A stretch of 64,000 bases of DNA, taken from positions 7,874,001 to 7,938,000 of the forward strand of contig CM022677.1 of NCBI GenBank assembly GCA_012295275.1, read 5' to 3'. Source of the DNA: Chrysomallon squamiferum (Eukaryota > Animalia > Mollusca). The position numbers were made by a program, and so were the translations under genes. The notes under the pieces are model-generated. The model searched no databases. It was not told the origin of the DNA and saw only the letters and a list, made by a program, of their open reading frames with translations. This document shows, in pieces, positions 42,279-55,096 of the stretch; positions within the stretch are counted from its first letter, which is position 1, and each line of letters begins with the position of its first letter.

Positions 42279-43120
42279 TTTCAATTAAAGATAATCCGTG
42301 TAAATAGAGGTATTCATAATATTTCAAGCTACTTTTGGTTGGATCTCAGTTTATAAAACTAAAATCTTGTTAATTTATAGAACATAAATTCCGTCCAGCA
42401 ATGTGTCCATAGAAAAATACACTGTACGTCAAAGTTTCTTGTTTTCTGTAAACACTCAAATACCTGTGACTTTTGGAAGAACAAAACCGTCGTGTCTTCA
42501 CAAGTTTCACTGAAACGTTTCTTCACAAAACACTCGCCGTTGTATAGGACGAACAACTTCCACATTTCTTAAAATATTCTGGTTAAATATTAATCACCAG
42601 AAAAATGTAATTAAAAACACAGTCTATGGTGTAATTATTGAAAATCACCTTCATCTTTCTTCTGCTTAGAAAAAGTATATTTCCTAAAATACATATAACG
42701 CTTTGTCTGGAAGTAAAAAAAAATAATATTTTCTTCTACTACTATCAGGAAGGGAGAGAGAGAGAAATGAAAAATAAAACGAAAACAAAAATTAAGTCTT
42801 TTGTTAATAATATGAATCTGAAAATCTAACTCACTAAGTATCAGCTCTACAGCTACTGTTGAAAATAGGGTACATAACTCTCTATTTCGCATATTATGTT
42901 CTGTTTTAGATATTTAGTTTTATCTGTAATAATAATGTGATTTTTTTATAAACAGCAGTAGAATTATATGAGAATATCGAGAAGGCTTTCATACTAATGT
43001 GATATTTTATTAACAGAACACGTTTCCCTGAAAAGCTAAGTAGGAGTAATTTTACACGGCGTTATGAAAATAAGATGCAACTTCAGTACCGCCATCGCTA
43101 TTTATGTTACATGTTTTATG
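41670..43120 (+). repeat. ~1.5-kb block, inverted partner at 59620-61245
   Basis: 41670-41770 vs 61140-61245; 41890-42110 vs 60900-61135; 42110-42240 vs 60560-60685; 42340-42510 vs 60235-60390; 42940-43120 vs 59620-59790, all reverse complement. Confidence 0.8.
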
Positions 43121-44640
43121 TTGTAAACAGAGGCGTAGCGGTAATATTATGTATTGAAAACACAGTGTATTGAAAAATAGAGGTAATGTTTTTTTATTAA
43201 CAATATTAGATAATTTTATTTTGCATAATAAATTAATAAATAAATAAATAAATAAATAATAAGCTTAATTTTTCATTGACAGGTATAACGTATCTAACAA
43301 GTTGAATAATGAATCAACGTTTAATAATGCGTATTATTCTCTTTTTTATTTTTTTATTTTTTATTTTATTTTATTAGGTTAGTAGATTTGCAGTTGAGAG
43401 GTGAGAGGCTAGATTAAGAGGAATTAACTTCACCATGTTATTGATATTTGCAAGTGCATCTTTCTTAGTAGAAAAGCCTAGAATATAGAGAAACATTAAC
43501 AGACGTTTTTATTATTAAAAGTAAAGTGAAAAGGCGAGGATGCGCGAGATGAATCTTGTTTATTATAACACAAGTTCTGTAAATATACTGCGCTGTTACA
43601 GATTAATTCTTAATTAACTGTAGAAAGTGATATTCTATTATCTCCCCTAAAAATTAAATTGATAATTAGACAATATTCAACTAGATATAATCTATATATG
43701 AATGTAAAAAATTACGGTTCTTTCGCTGAATTTAAATGTATTAGTATAAACAGGTCTGGTTGAAGCAAATAAACTGTAAATATTGTCGTTCAGTTCCATT
43801 ATATATGGTAAACAGCGTTCATCATAATAAGAAGAACACCTTTTTGTTCATTACTGCAATACAAAGGCCATTTCAGATGCCGTTTACAGGGTCAAATAAA
43901 TAAATAAATAAATATATTAATATTAATATTAATATCTAAGATCCTTCAGTATTTTAGGCATACACAGAACCTCTCCCAGAGAGATAAAATATCATCGCTG
44001 CTTTATAATCAATGTTTTCTGCAGTGTTTATCATTTCTTTTACTGAAGTTTTGATTACAGCGACACGTTTTTATTATCACTGTAATCTGAGAGGTAGATA
44101 GGTAGGTGGATAGACAGACAGACAGACAGATAGATGGAGAGTGAGACAGACAGACATATATAGAGATAAATCCATAGACAGACATACAGACACACAGACA
44201 GATAGAAAAACCGAAAACTGAACTGAATAATTAAAATGACCAATAAAAGAAACGTTGTGAAAAGTGAGTTTAAAGTGATATTATATAATAATGCATGTAC
44301 AAACATTTTCTTACAAGTTCATTTGCCTATAAAATGTAAAATGTCTATCTATCTCTATGTCCATCATTGTACCTATCTATTATTTAACTATATACATAAA
44401 CACCGTCTCACTGATATGAACTGATATATAACTATCCTCTAAGGCAAACACGTATACCAAACTATTTCTTTTCTATGTGTGTGTGTCTGTGTATGTATGT
44501 GTGTCTATCTCTCTATCTGTTTATTTGTTGATAATTGTTTCTTTCTTTATAATGACGACTGTAATACTGACATAATGACATTAACGATAAAAACAGCAAC
44601 ACTAATTGCAATAATACTACTTAAAATGATAAATAAAATA

Positions 44641-45475
44641 GTAATTCTGGCCTCACATTCATGAGTAGTTTGGTCCTCAAATTTGTTGTACTGATGATTG
44701 CTATATAATCATTGTTTACTAATAATAATTAGACCTAGTCATAATACAAGTCAAACTCAAAACTTAAATAAACTAAACACCTTGACAAACATCACACAAG
44801 AATACAATATCTTTAAAGTCTGCATCAGCTGGGAGTTCGAGATTTTTCTCAAGAATCAAGACGGTACCAATTTTGGCACCCGTCACATCCTGTGAACTCA
44901 TCAGAATTCATTCCATCATCAACTCTGCCACAGAGTTCACATTTTTCTTGTGTATCTACTACATCTCTGTCTTCTACTTCAGGCTCATCACCATCAACGT
45001 TTTCTTTAGCTGCATCCACCGGTTCTGCTGTAGCATTCAAATTGAACTGCCGTTTTCACTTTGGTATCTTCCATTTCTTGTTGTTGTAATTTTGCCTCTA
45101 AAAAGTTGCTTTCTTTGCCTTTTCTTCCTCCTTCTTCTTCTTTTCTGCCAGCTCTTCTTCATACCTCTTGACACTTTCTTCTTCTGTCAATACCTCGGCA
45201 TACCTCATCCTTTTGATTTTATTGCCCCAAGTGGTGGAGCAAAATAAAAAGCATATTTCTTGCATAATTATCACATATTAATCAAGTTTCTTCTGTTGAA
45301 CTTAGAAACTGATTATACGTTTACCTGTTATAATTTATCACTAACCTTATGTCTATAGAACTAAAAAATAACACTCACTTTTGAAACCTCAAAATGCAGT
45401 ATAGCGGCTGCAAGTCATAATATACCTTGGAGGGCAGCATTGCCCTGAGGCCAGAATTACCTCAACTTACTACTA
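44641..45475 (-). mobile_element. pogo/Tigger-like DNA transposon deletion derivative retaining C-terminal coiled region and PHD finger
   Basis: Inverted repeat gtaattctggcctca (44641) / tgaggccagaattac (~45446). Minus strand reads YAEVLTEEESVKRYEEELAEKKKKEEKAKK then CELCGRVDD...EFTGCDGCQNWYRLD (PHD-like). Confidence 0.65.
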
Positions 45476-46499
45476 GTTTTAAATAAAATCATTTTAGTGA
45501 ATTTAGTAAATTCAGTGAATGATCAATATTCAGGCGACTTGAATTATTTTCTTATTTTATTTTATTTTTTAAATTTTACTGGACACTCAGTCTTATTTGT
45601 ATATTTACCAACGTGCGTGTTAAATAGAGTTATTTCTCTTAGACCACGAACTTCTGAAATAGATTACTCCTCGCATATGCGAGGTAACGGTAAATTAGAT
45701 TTGTTGCTTTTAGATGAAAATAACCAATTCTGTATAATGTTTTGTAGCAGACAGAACCAGCTTATTAACATTCCCTGCGTTTTCTATTTTGACATGATAT
45801 TATTATTTGATGAATTATTGTAAAATTGCTATTTCATTTAATGTTTTTCATTTAATTTTATTTATTTATTTTCTTTATTTATTTCATTTATTTTAGTTGA
45901 CAATGTAGTTCGGAAAGGCGCAAGAGATCACGGTTTTGTACAACCATCTTTATCAGTGTAAATCATAAAAAGTTCAGAAAGTAGACGTAAAATAATTGTA
46001 TTTGGAAGTTCAATAAGTTCCGTGAGTGCACAGAAACTTCCGATCGAAATCCAAGATGGCAGCATCGAACGCCGATCAATATTTACACACTTTTAAACAT
46101 ATAGACCTTTATAATGCAATAATTCTACATGGATCATTAAAAGTAATTTGGAGAAGTATGTCATATAACCAATGTCTCTTATACATAGATAGCTAATACT
46201 GTATAGTAATTGCTGAAAATATGGTAACATTTCTTTTTTTATTCTTTTTTTTTTCTGACGTTGACGTAATATACCATCTCGTACCCATTTCGTACTATTT
46301 TTTTTTGTTTCCACTTTTTATTTCGACATCGTCAGCCAAGAAAAAAATAATAAAATAAAACTTTTTAAAAATAAGTAAAACAAAATAAATAATAATAATA
46401 ACTATAATAAAATAAATTAAAATGACATAAATAATTTTCACTGACGCTGGTTGGAGGGAAGGATCTATCCATATAGATACACACACATATATACATACA

Positions 46500-47070
46500 T
46501 ACATGCATACACACACACGTGTATAGGAATAACAATATATTTGTATGTTTAGAAGATGATTATATGTATATAAAAGGATAAGTAACTACATTTGTGTGTG
46601 TGTGTGTGTGTGAAAAAAGAGTGGATAGATGGTAGATGATAATAGACAGGTGAATTGATAGACAGAAGAAAGGTAGATAGATTATTAGAAAGATATATAG
46701 ATGCAAGGAGGCATGAGTATATACCTGCGCACTGTAAGAACGACGGATTCTGTTGCTTATGTATATGGCATAAATAGATAGATAAATAAATATATTTATA
46801 GATAGATAACTAGGTAGAAAGAGTATTTAAATACTTAAAAAGGATGTAAGTAGAGAGAGTGTATACGTACGTGTGTCTGTGTGAGTGCGTGTGAGAGCAA
46901 GATAGCCTGTGGCTATGTATAACTGAGAAGGTGAGATAGATTGATATAGAGATAGCTAGACATCGTTTCAGAGATAAATTGATATGTTAGGTAGACAATA
47001 ATTAGGTACATATGTAGATAGATTATATACAGCTAACATAGACAAACTGATGCGTATGTGTGTATATATG
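46500..47070 (-). repeat. Inverted paralog of 11870-12405 (Tc1 left flank)
   Basis: For example aaggaggcatgagtatata...tctgttgcttatgtatatgg is the reverse complement of 12178-12241. Confidence 0.75.
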
Positions 47071-47375
47071 TGTTAGAGATAATTTTCTTCTTCTTCTTGT
47101 TATCATCATTATTATCATCATCATCATCATCATGATCTTTATTATTATTATTATTATTATTATTATTTTACATTATAGGTGAAATTTTTGTTTCTTTCTT
47201 TATGTCTGAATTTGATACACAACACTCCAGAACAAAAGTAAATGTTGCTGTTGGGTGTCATTCAAAACTAAATAAAGCAGAACTTACAGATATGTGTTTG
47301 TTGTTTTTGTTTTTACTATGCTAACACTAGAATCAGGTTAGAAAATTCGATGGCTAATGAAGAGTGAACAGAAAC

Positions 47376-47483
<108 letters not shown>

Positions 47484-47953
47484 GGTTATAAATGGACAGG
47501 CAAACAGAAAGATTTTGAAAGTTGCTGTGCATGCAGCAGGCGAGTGAGACAGAGAGACTCAGAGGTAGAGAGTTTGATACAGATAAAAACTTAGACAGAC
47601 TAACAGATAAATAGACTGATAGAAAGGAACAAAGATAAATAGAAAGCCACAGAGGAACATACTGATATATATAGAAATACCGAGACAAGCACATTAAAAT
47701 ACATAATAGATGAAAGCAACTGCATGATAGTAATGTGGTGTGTATATATATATATAATGGTAGATATACATATGCATGTGTGTGTGTAAGTGTGTATGAA
47801 AAATATTTTTTATAGAGTGAATATGAAATGATGAACATGTCCGATAGGTTGGTTTGAGTATTTGAGCAACAAACTGTGGGAATATGTGTTTATGAGTTAG
47901 ATAGAAAGAATGTGTTTTTTGTGTGGTTTTCTGTGTGTTTTTGAGAGTGCCTA

Positions 47954-48908
47954 TGTGTTGTAGATACACAGACAGACAGCTGTGACAATGAAGACTGCGT
48001 GGAGCTGTGAAATGTGTGAACTGTGTTGTAGATACACAGGCAGACAGCTGTGACAATGAAGACTGCGTGGAGCTGTGAAATGTGTGAACTGTGTTGTAGA
48101 TACACAGACAGACAGCTGTGACAATGAAGACTGCGTGGAGCTGTGAAATGTGTGAACTGTGTTGTAGATACACAGACAGACAGCTGTGACAATGAAGACT
48201 GCGTGGAGCTGTGAAATGTGTGAACTGTGTTGTAGATACACAGACAGACTGCGTGGAGCAGTGAAATGTGTGAACTGTGTTGTAGATACACAGACAGACT
48301 GCGTGGAGCTGTGAAATGTGTGAACTGTGTTGTAGATACACAGACAGCTGTGACAACGAAGACTGCGTGGAGCTGTGAAATGTGTGAACTGTGTTGTAGA
48401 TACACAGACAGACAGCTGTGACAACGAAGACTGCGTGGAGCTGTGAAATGTGTGAACTGTGTTGTAGATACACAGGTAGACAGCTGTGACAACGCAGACT
48501 GCGTGGAGCTGTGAAATGTGTGAACTGTGTTGTAGATACACAGACAGACAGCTGTGACAACGAAGACTGCGTGGAGCTGTGAAATGTGTGAACTGTGTTG
48601 TAGATACACAGACAGACAGCTGTGACAACGAAGACTGCGTGGAGCTGTGAAATGTGTGAACTGTGTTGTAGATACACAGACAGACTGCGTGGAGCAGTGA
48701 AATGTGTGAACTGTGTTGTAGATACACAGACAGACAGCTGTGACAACGAAGACTGCGTGGAGCTGTGAAATGTGTGAACTGTGTTGTAGATACACAGGTA
48801 GACAGCTGTGACAACGCAGACTGTGTGGAGCTGTGAAATGTGTGAACTGTGTTGTAGATACACAGGCAGACAGCTGTGACAACGAAGACTGCGTGGAGAT
48901 GTGAAATG
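47954..48908. repeat. 68-bp minisatellite (~15 copies, with shorter deletion variants)
   Basis: Unit tgtgttgtagatacacagacagacagctgtgacaa(t/c)gaagactgcgtggagctgtgaaatgtgtgaac starting at 47954, 48022, 48090 and onward. Confidence 0.97.
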
Positions 48909-48919
48909 TCTTCACTGGA

Positions 48920-49190
48920 GTGACAGTGTCTTAGTGACTCACTGTGTGACTGTCTTACTGACTCCCTGTGTGACTGACTCAGTGACTGTCTTACTGACTC
49001 ACTGTGTGACTGATTCACTGTCTTACTGACACTGTGTGACTGTCTTACTGACTCACTGTGTGACTGACTGAGTGACTGTCTTACTGACTCACTGTGTGAC
49101 TGACTCAGTGACTGTCTTACTGACTCACTGTGTGACTGACTCAGTGACTGTCTTACTTGCTCACTGTGTGACTGACTCAGTGGCTGTCAT
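48920..49190. repeat. 24-32 bp tandem repeat (gtgactgtcttactgactcactgt)
   Basis: Directly visible tandem units. Confidence 0.9.
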
Positions 49191-49255
49191 ACTAATGCTA
49201 ATAACAAAAGAAAAGAAACCTCTGGAAGTTTAGTTTTTTATTTATTTTTTTATTA

Positions 49256-49503
49256 TTACACTATCCACAACGGTCTGGGATTGTATTCGCATATGAAGCC
49301 TGCTCTATCATCACAAGGTCTGTCGTTCCAGAACTGAAAATTACCTTTTGCAAAAATCTCAAGGCAGTGTTGACGTCGTTGATAATTGTCAGGCTGCGAT
49401 CTGTAAAATGACATAAACCTCATAGGTTCAGAACCGCACCTTGACGTCCATTTGAAAGCGCCTTCCAAAGCGATGTCATTTCCTCCAATCCAATACCGAT
49501 CGG
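49256..49503 (-). CDS. C-type lectin 1 (perlucin-like), exon 4
   Basis: ccag| then DRYWIGGNDIALEGAFKW...QPDNYQRRQHCLEI...FWNDRPCDDRAGFICEYNPRPLWIV*: WIG, QPD and WND motifs and conserved Cys. Confidence 0.92.
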
Positions 49504-49614
49504 CTGGAAATACACAATAACAGCAGTAGTAGTAGTTGCTGTTGTTGTTGTTGTTGTTATGGTGGTAATTGTTGAAGAGGTAATAGTTATAGTCATAGCA
49601 GCAGCAGAAGAAGT

Positions 49615-49796
<182 letters not shown>

Positions 49797-50009
49797 CAAA
49801 AAGATTACATACTGATGATTAACTAGAGATCGGGGTAAAACAAATCTTACGTAAAAGCTGTACACCACAACGTATCACGTGACCAGCTGTACACAAACTA
49901 TTTATCTGACAGCTGTGGTTAAAGAACTAGAGATACAACACTGCATTATCTGCTGAGTGCTGAGTGCTGAAACATGAACTGTTTGTGTAGAAATAAATCA
50001 GACACTTAC

Positions 50010-50102
50010 TGGCGTGCGAGTTCATCAGGCGATTGCCAACTTCTCTGTTTTCCTCCCTAGAAGATATTATCATCAAATAGGAATTCATAGCTCTGCAATA
50101 GT

Positions 50103-50103
<1 letters not shown>
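50010..50103 (-). CDS. C-type lectin 1, exon 3
   Basis: cag|DYCRAMNSYLMIISSREENREVGNRLMNSHA|gtaag; 94 bp, phase 0 to 1, compatible with exons 2 and 4. Confidence 0.9.
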
Positions 50104-50152
<49 letters not shown>

Positions 50153-50469
50153 GTAATAATAATAACAATCATAGTAATAATAATAACAATAATAATAGTA
50201 ATAATAGTAATAATAATAATAGTAATAATAGCAATAATAATAGGAATAATAGTAATAATAGTAATAATAATAATAATTATCATAATCATCATCATCATTA
50301 TCATAATAATAAAAAAGTAGTCATAATCATAATCTAAACAACAAAAACAATATTAATTGCAGCAGCATCCTCAGCACATAATAATAACAACCATAATAAC
50401 AGCGACAACAGCAACAACAGTAGCAGCGCTAAAGAGTAGAAATATTAGTACTTCCTGTTGGTATGTCTA

Positions 50470-51272
50470 TTACTAATCACGTGTACGTATGTTTCTAATT
50501 ACGTGTACGTCTGTTTCTAATCACGTGTACGTCTGTTTCTAATCACGTGTACGTCTGTTTCTAATCACGTGTACATATGTTTCTAATCACGTGTACGTCT
50601 GTTTCTAATCACGTGTACATATGTTTCTAATCACGTGTACGTCTGTTTCTAATCACGTGTACGTCTGTTTCTAATCACGTGTACGTCTGTTACTAATCAC
50701 GATTACGTCTGTTTCTAATCACGTGTACGTCTGTTTCTAATCACGTGTACGTCTGTTTCTAATCACGTGTACGTCTGTTTCTAATCACGAGTACGTCTGT
50801 TTCTAATCACGAGTACGTCTGTTTCTAATCACGTGTACGTCTGTTTCTAATCACGTGTACGTCTGTTTCTTATCACGTGTACGTCTGTTTCTAATCACGT
50901 GTACGTCTGTTTCTTATCACGTGTACGTCTGTTTCTAATCACGTGTACGTCTGTTTCTAATCACGTGTACGTCTGTTTCTAATCACGTGTACGTCTGTTT
51001 CTAATCACGTGTACGTCTGTTTCTAATCACGTGTACGTCTGTTTCTAATCACGAGTACGTCTGTTTCTAATCACGATTACGTCTGTTTCTAATCACGTGT
51101 ACGTCTGTTTCTTATCACGTGTACGTCTGTTTCTAATCACGTGTACGTCTGTTTCTTATCACGTGTACGTCTGTTTCTAATCACGTGTACGTCTGTTTCT
51201 AATCACGTGTACGTCTGTTTCTAATCACGTGTACGTCTGTTTCTAATCACGTGTACGTCTGTTTCTAATCAT
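50470..51272. repeat. 22-bp minisatellite with CACGTG E-box, ~36 copies, in CTL1 intron 2
   Basis: Unit ctaatcacgtgtacgtctgttt. Confidence 0.97.
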
Positions 51273-51289
51273 GAGGACATGTGACTAAC

Positions 51290-51399
51290 CGCGGCGTCCA
51301 TCCAGCTGAATTTCTGTTTCCTGTCGGAGAACCAGTAACAGTGGCCGTATATCAACACGAAGTTTTCGTTGCACGCGAACATTTCAGAGCCCGACACAT
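51290..51399 (-). CDS. C-type lectin 1, exon 2
   Basis: ttttcag|(D)VSGSEMFACNENFVLIYGHCYWFSDRKQKFSWMDAA|gttag; 110 bp, phase 1 to 0. Confidence 0.9.
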
Positions 51400-51791
51400 C
51401 TGAAAAGAAAATAGCTGAAATAAAGAGTCAGACACACAGACAGAACAATGATGTCGCCAATGGTTACCTACAGAAAGTCCTCTATACGAGTGTGTGTCTA
51501 TGTCTGTATATATATAGAAAGAGATAGATAGATAGATAGACAGAAAGACAGACAGATAGTTAGATTAGATATATATATATATATAGATACAGACAGCGTG
51601 TGATTATGTAGATATTGTCTATAGTGCAGTTTCATTATACAGATTGTCTGTATGCAGTGTCATCATACAGACATATTGACTATAGGCAGTGTCATTATAC
51701 AGACTGATTGTGTATATAGGCAGTGTCATCATAGAGACATATTGTCTATAGGCAGTATCATTATATAGAATAATTTTCTAGTGAAGCTCAC

Positions 51792-51847
51792 CTTCCATAA
51801 ACATGAAGAAAACAAGAAAGAAAAGCAAGCAAGTGAATTGTTTTCAT
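51792..51847 (-). CDS. C-type lectin 1, exon 1 (signal peptide; apparent +1 frameshift)
   Basis: ATG at 51847, donor GAAG|gtgag. 56 bp from ATG gives phase 2, but exon 2 needs phase 1; removing one A of ATGAAAAC gives MKQFTCLLFFLVFFMFME. Confidence 0.7.
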
Positions 51848-53441
51848 TCTTCTCGGTTCTTCGTTGAAGCGCCAACAGTTTCACACTCAAACCTGCATCT
51901 GAGAAGAATTGATCCAGGCTCTTATTTTATTTCACAGCAAATGCAAATGTTCTGTGAAACTGAATAACGAATGCAAAACGTCTTAAATATTTTTGAAAGG
52001 TGTGAGAAACCCTACGGAAAAAAAACATATGTGTTTATATATGTATGTATTCTTGAATATGCAACATGAATTTCAAGACGTGTATTTTATTACAGAAATA
52101 ATTCAAACATTCTGCTTAAAATGAATTATGAATAGAAGACTGCTCGTAGTATGTGCATTGCATTTTCAACACGAAATTTATAAGCGGTTATATTGTTTTA
52201 GTACCGAGTTGAAATGCCAAGTGAAAATGAATAATGAAAACAACAAAAAAAAAAAAAAACATATTTGTAATGCTTGGTGTAGTGTTATGAAATTTCGAGG
52301 GCTTTATATTCTAGTGTCTGAAGGTGAATAATATACATGAAATACATTTTTATATGTGATTTACATTATTTTGTAACGTTAAGAATCTTTATTATTTTAA
52401 AAAACAAATGGTTCTTCTAAACTATGAGATGAGAATTGTTTCTATTTCATCATCACGTTATCATCATCATTATCATCTTCTTCTTCTTCATTATCACCTT
52501 CTTCTTCATAATTATCTTTTTCTTCATCATCATCATCATTATTATCAACATCATCATCTTTGACATCATCATCATCTTCATCATTATTATTCATAATAGT
52601 AGCAATAATACAGTAGTTGTAGCTGTTGCAGCACTAGTAGCTCTAGCAGTTGTTTTAATATAGTAATATTAATAATAGTAGTAGTAGTAACAGCAGTAGG
52701 AGTAGTATTAGTTGTAATAGTGGTAATGGTATATATATATATGGATGTATATGTAATTATGTATGTGTGAATTATGTGTGTACGTCTGTGTGTTTCAGTA
52801 TGTGTGTGTGTGTGTAGCTTTCTATTTTATTGTGTACATGTGTATATGTGTGTGAGCGTTTCTGTGTGTATATGTTTCTATATGTATTTATGTTTGTTTA
52901 TTTGACCTTATTTTGCCCGATCTTGCCAGGTTCTCTTTTTTGCACTTCGTCCCAGATGCCTCCCAGTGAAATGACGTGGATGCCCGCTACTCAGAACTCG
53001 TTACACTAACAACTGAACTAATTTCTCACATTAACCAATTCGTGATTTTCTGTTCCAAAACCTGCTCTGCCGTTTATTCATTCGAAACATGGACAGAAAG
53101 AAAACTGTTAATTTGTTTTATCTCAGTGCAACTTGAAGCTGTGACTGTCACATTCTGTGTCGTTTTAAAATTGAAACATCTCAGTTTCTAACCATTATTA
53201 ACAGCACCTTTTTCTACGACTGTTACTAGTATTAGTACTACTCTTACTACTACTACTACTACTGGTACTACTACTACTACTATTACAGCTACTACTGCTA
53301 CTGTTATACTACCACTGCTTCTATTACTATTCTTATTACTACTACTACTACTGCTACTACTTTTACTATTACTACTACTCTTACTACTACTCTGTTACTA
53401 CAACTATCACAATACCAGTGTTTCTACTACTACTACTACTT

Positions 53442-53473
<32 letters not shown>

Positions 53474-54389
53474 GCTACTGTTATACTACCACTGCTTCTA
53501 TTACTATTCTTATTACTACTACTACTACTGCTACTACTTTTACTATTACTACTACTCTTACTACTACTCTGTTACTACAACTATCACAATACCAGTGTTT
53601 CTACTACTACTACTACTACTACTACTATTACTACTACTGCTACGTTTGTTATTACTCTTACTAATACTACTGCCATCATCATTACAACTAATATTAATAA
53701 TACTATTACTTCAATTATAACAATTATAACTGCTATTGAAGCTATTACAACTACTATCTTTAATAAAACTTCTAGTACTACTACTACAATTATCACAACT
53801 ACTACTACTGTTAATACCACTACTAAAACAATTATTACTACTTTTACAACTACTACTACTACTGCTATTACAAACATTAAAAAGAAAAACTACTACTACC
53901 ACTTTTGCAGCTATTATAAACTATTACTTTTACAGCACCGACAACTACTTCTATAACAGCAACTAGTAAGCTACTACTAGTACTGCTAATAAAACAGCAA
54001 CAACTTTTTCAGCTGCTACTAGTATTACTAATACTACTAATATTACTGCTATTGTGACTATAACTACAACCACAAAAATACTACTTCTGCTATTATTCTA
54101 ACATCAATAGCTGCTACTGTTACTATTACAGCTATTCCCGTGCAACCAGTTCTCTCCATAATGCTTCCGTAAACATGTGTCCAATCTGACGTAAAAATGG
54201 TTGCCAAGGATACATGCACTTTAAGACTGAGTTCTTCTGAATTGGTGTAACTTAGGCATTTCTCGGTGTATGTATGTATGTATGTATGTGTGTGCGTAGG
54301 TATGTGTGTGTGTATGTGGTGTGGGTGTACGCATTGTAAGATTTGAATATTCTCTGTCTTATGTACGACTGATTAAACTCTGCACATAG

Positions 54390-54538
54390 ACAATATTCGG
54401 GAAGGCACTGGCGCAGGAGGACAAAGTCCAATCACGACCTCCTAAACCTGTCAGATGCCGCTGACGAGACTCGAACGTATGGCACCCATTCGCCCAGGCT
54501 CCGAAGGCGAACGACTTTACCATTCAGTCATCAAGACA
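54390..54538 (-). mobile_element. tRNA-derived SINE head
   Basis: Minus strand gtcttgaTGACTGAATGGtaaagtcgttcgccttc...GTTCGAGTCtcgtcagcggc: Pol III A box and B box at tRNA-like spacing without a clean cloverleaf; body probably extends toward ~54140. Confidence 0.7.
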
Positions 54539-54611
54539 ATCTTATGTACTTATGTGTTTTTGTATGCGTGTTTGTATGTGTGTATATGTATGTGCGTGTG
54601 CATGTTTGTGT

Positions 54612-54645
<34 letters not shown>

Positions 54646-54687
54646 TTCTATAAGTTTCTAAAACAATTTTAAGTTTAATACTCAATC

Positions 54688-55055
54688 TCAGTAGAAATAA
54701 TAATAAAAAAGGAAATCGCAAAATCTAATCTCATTGTCTGTTTGCTTTTTTTCTTTATTGGTCATAAGGGGCGCATATTCACAAATGAAGCCGCCGGTTT
54801 GGAAGCAGTCGGAGTCGTACCAGTTCTTGAACGCATCGCTTCGCCTCATCTGGACGCAGTGGTCCTTCGAGTTGTCCGGCTGACTGCTTTCGAAATTGTA
54901 GCACTTCGCAGTTACGTTTTTAGACATCCGCAGAAACTCGCCTTCGTGAATCAGGTCAGACAAACCGAGCAAGTAAAATGAGACTGAAATTAATTCGTAG
55001 CGGTTATAGCCAGTATAGTAGCAACAGTAGTAGTAGTAGTAGTAGTAGTAGTAAC

Positions 55056-55096
<41 letters not shown>

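Noticed and set aside
47694-49018. Three long (341-389 aa) ORFs
   Set aside because: They are translations of the 68-bp minisatellite cycling through frames; no unique coding sequence.
54455-54538. Functional tRNA gene
   Set aside because: A and B boxes are present, but the arms do not form a canonical cloverleaf and no Pol III terminator follows; better explained as a SINE head.
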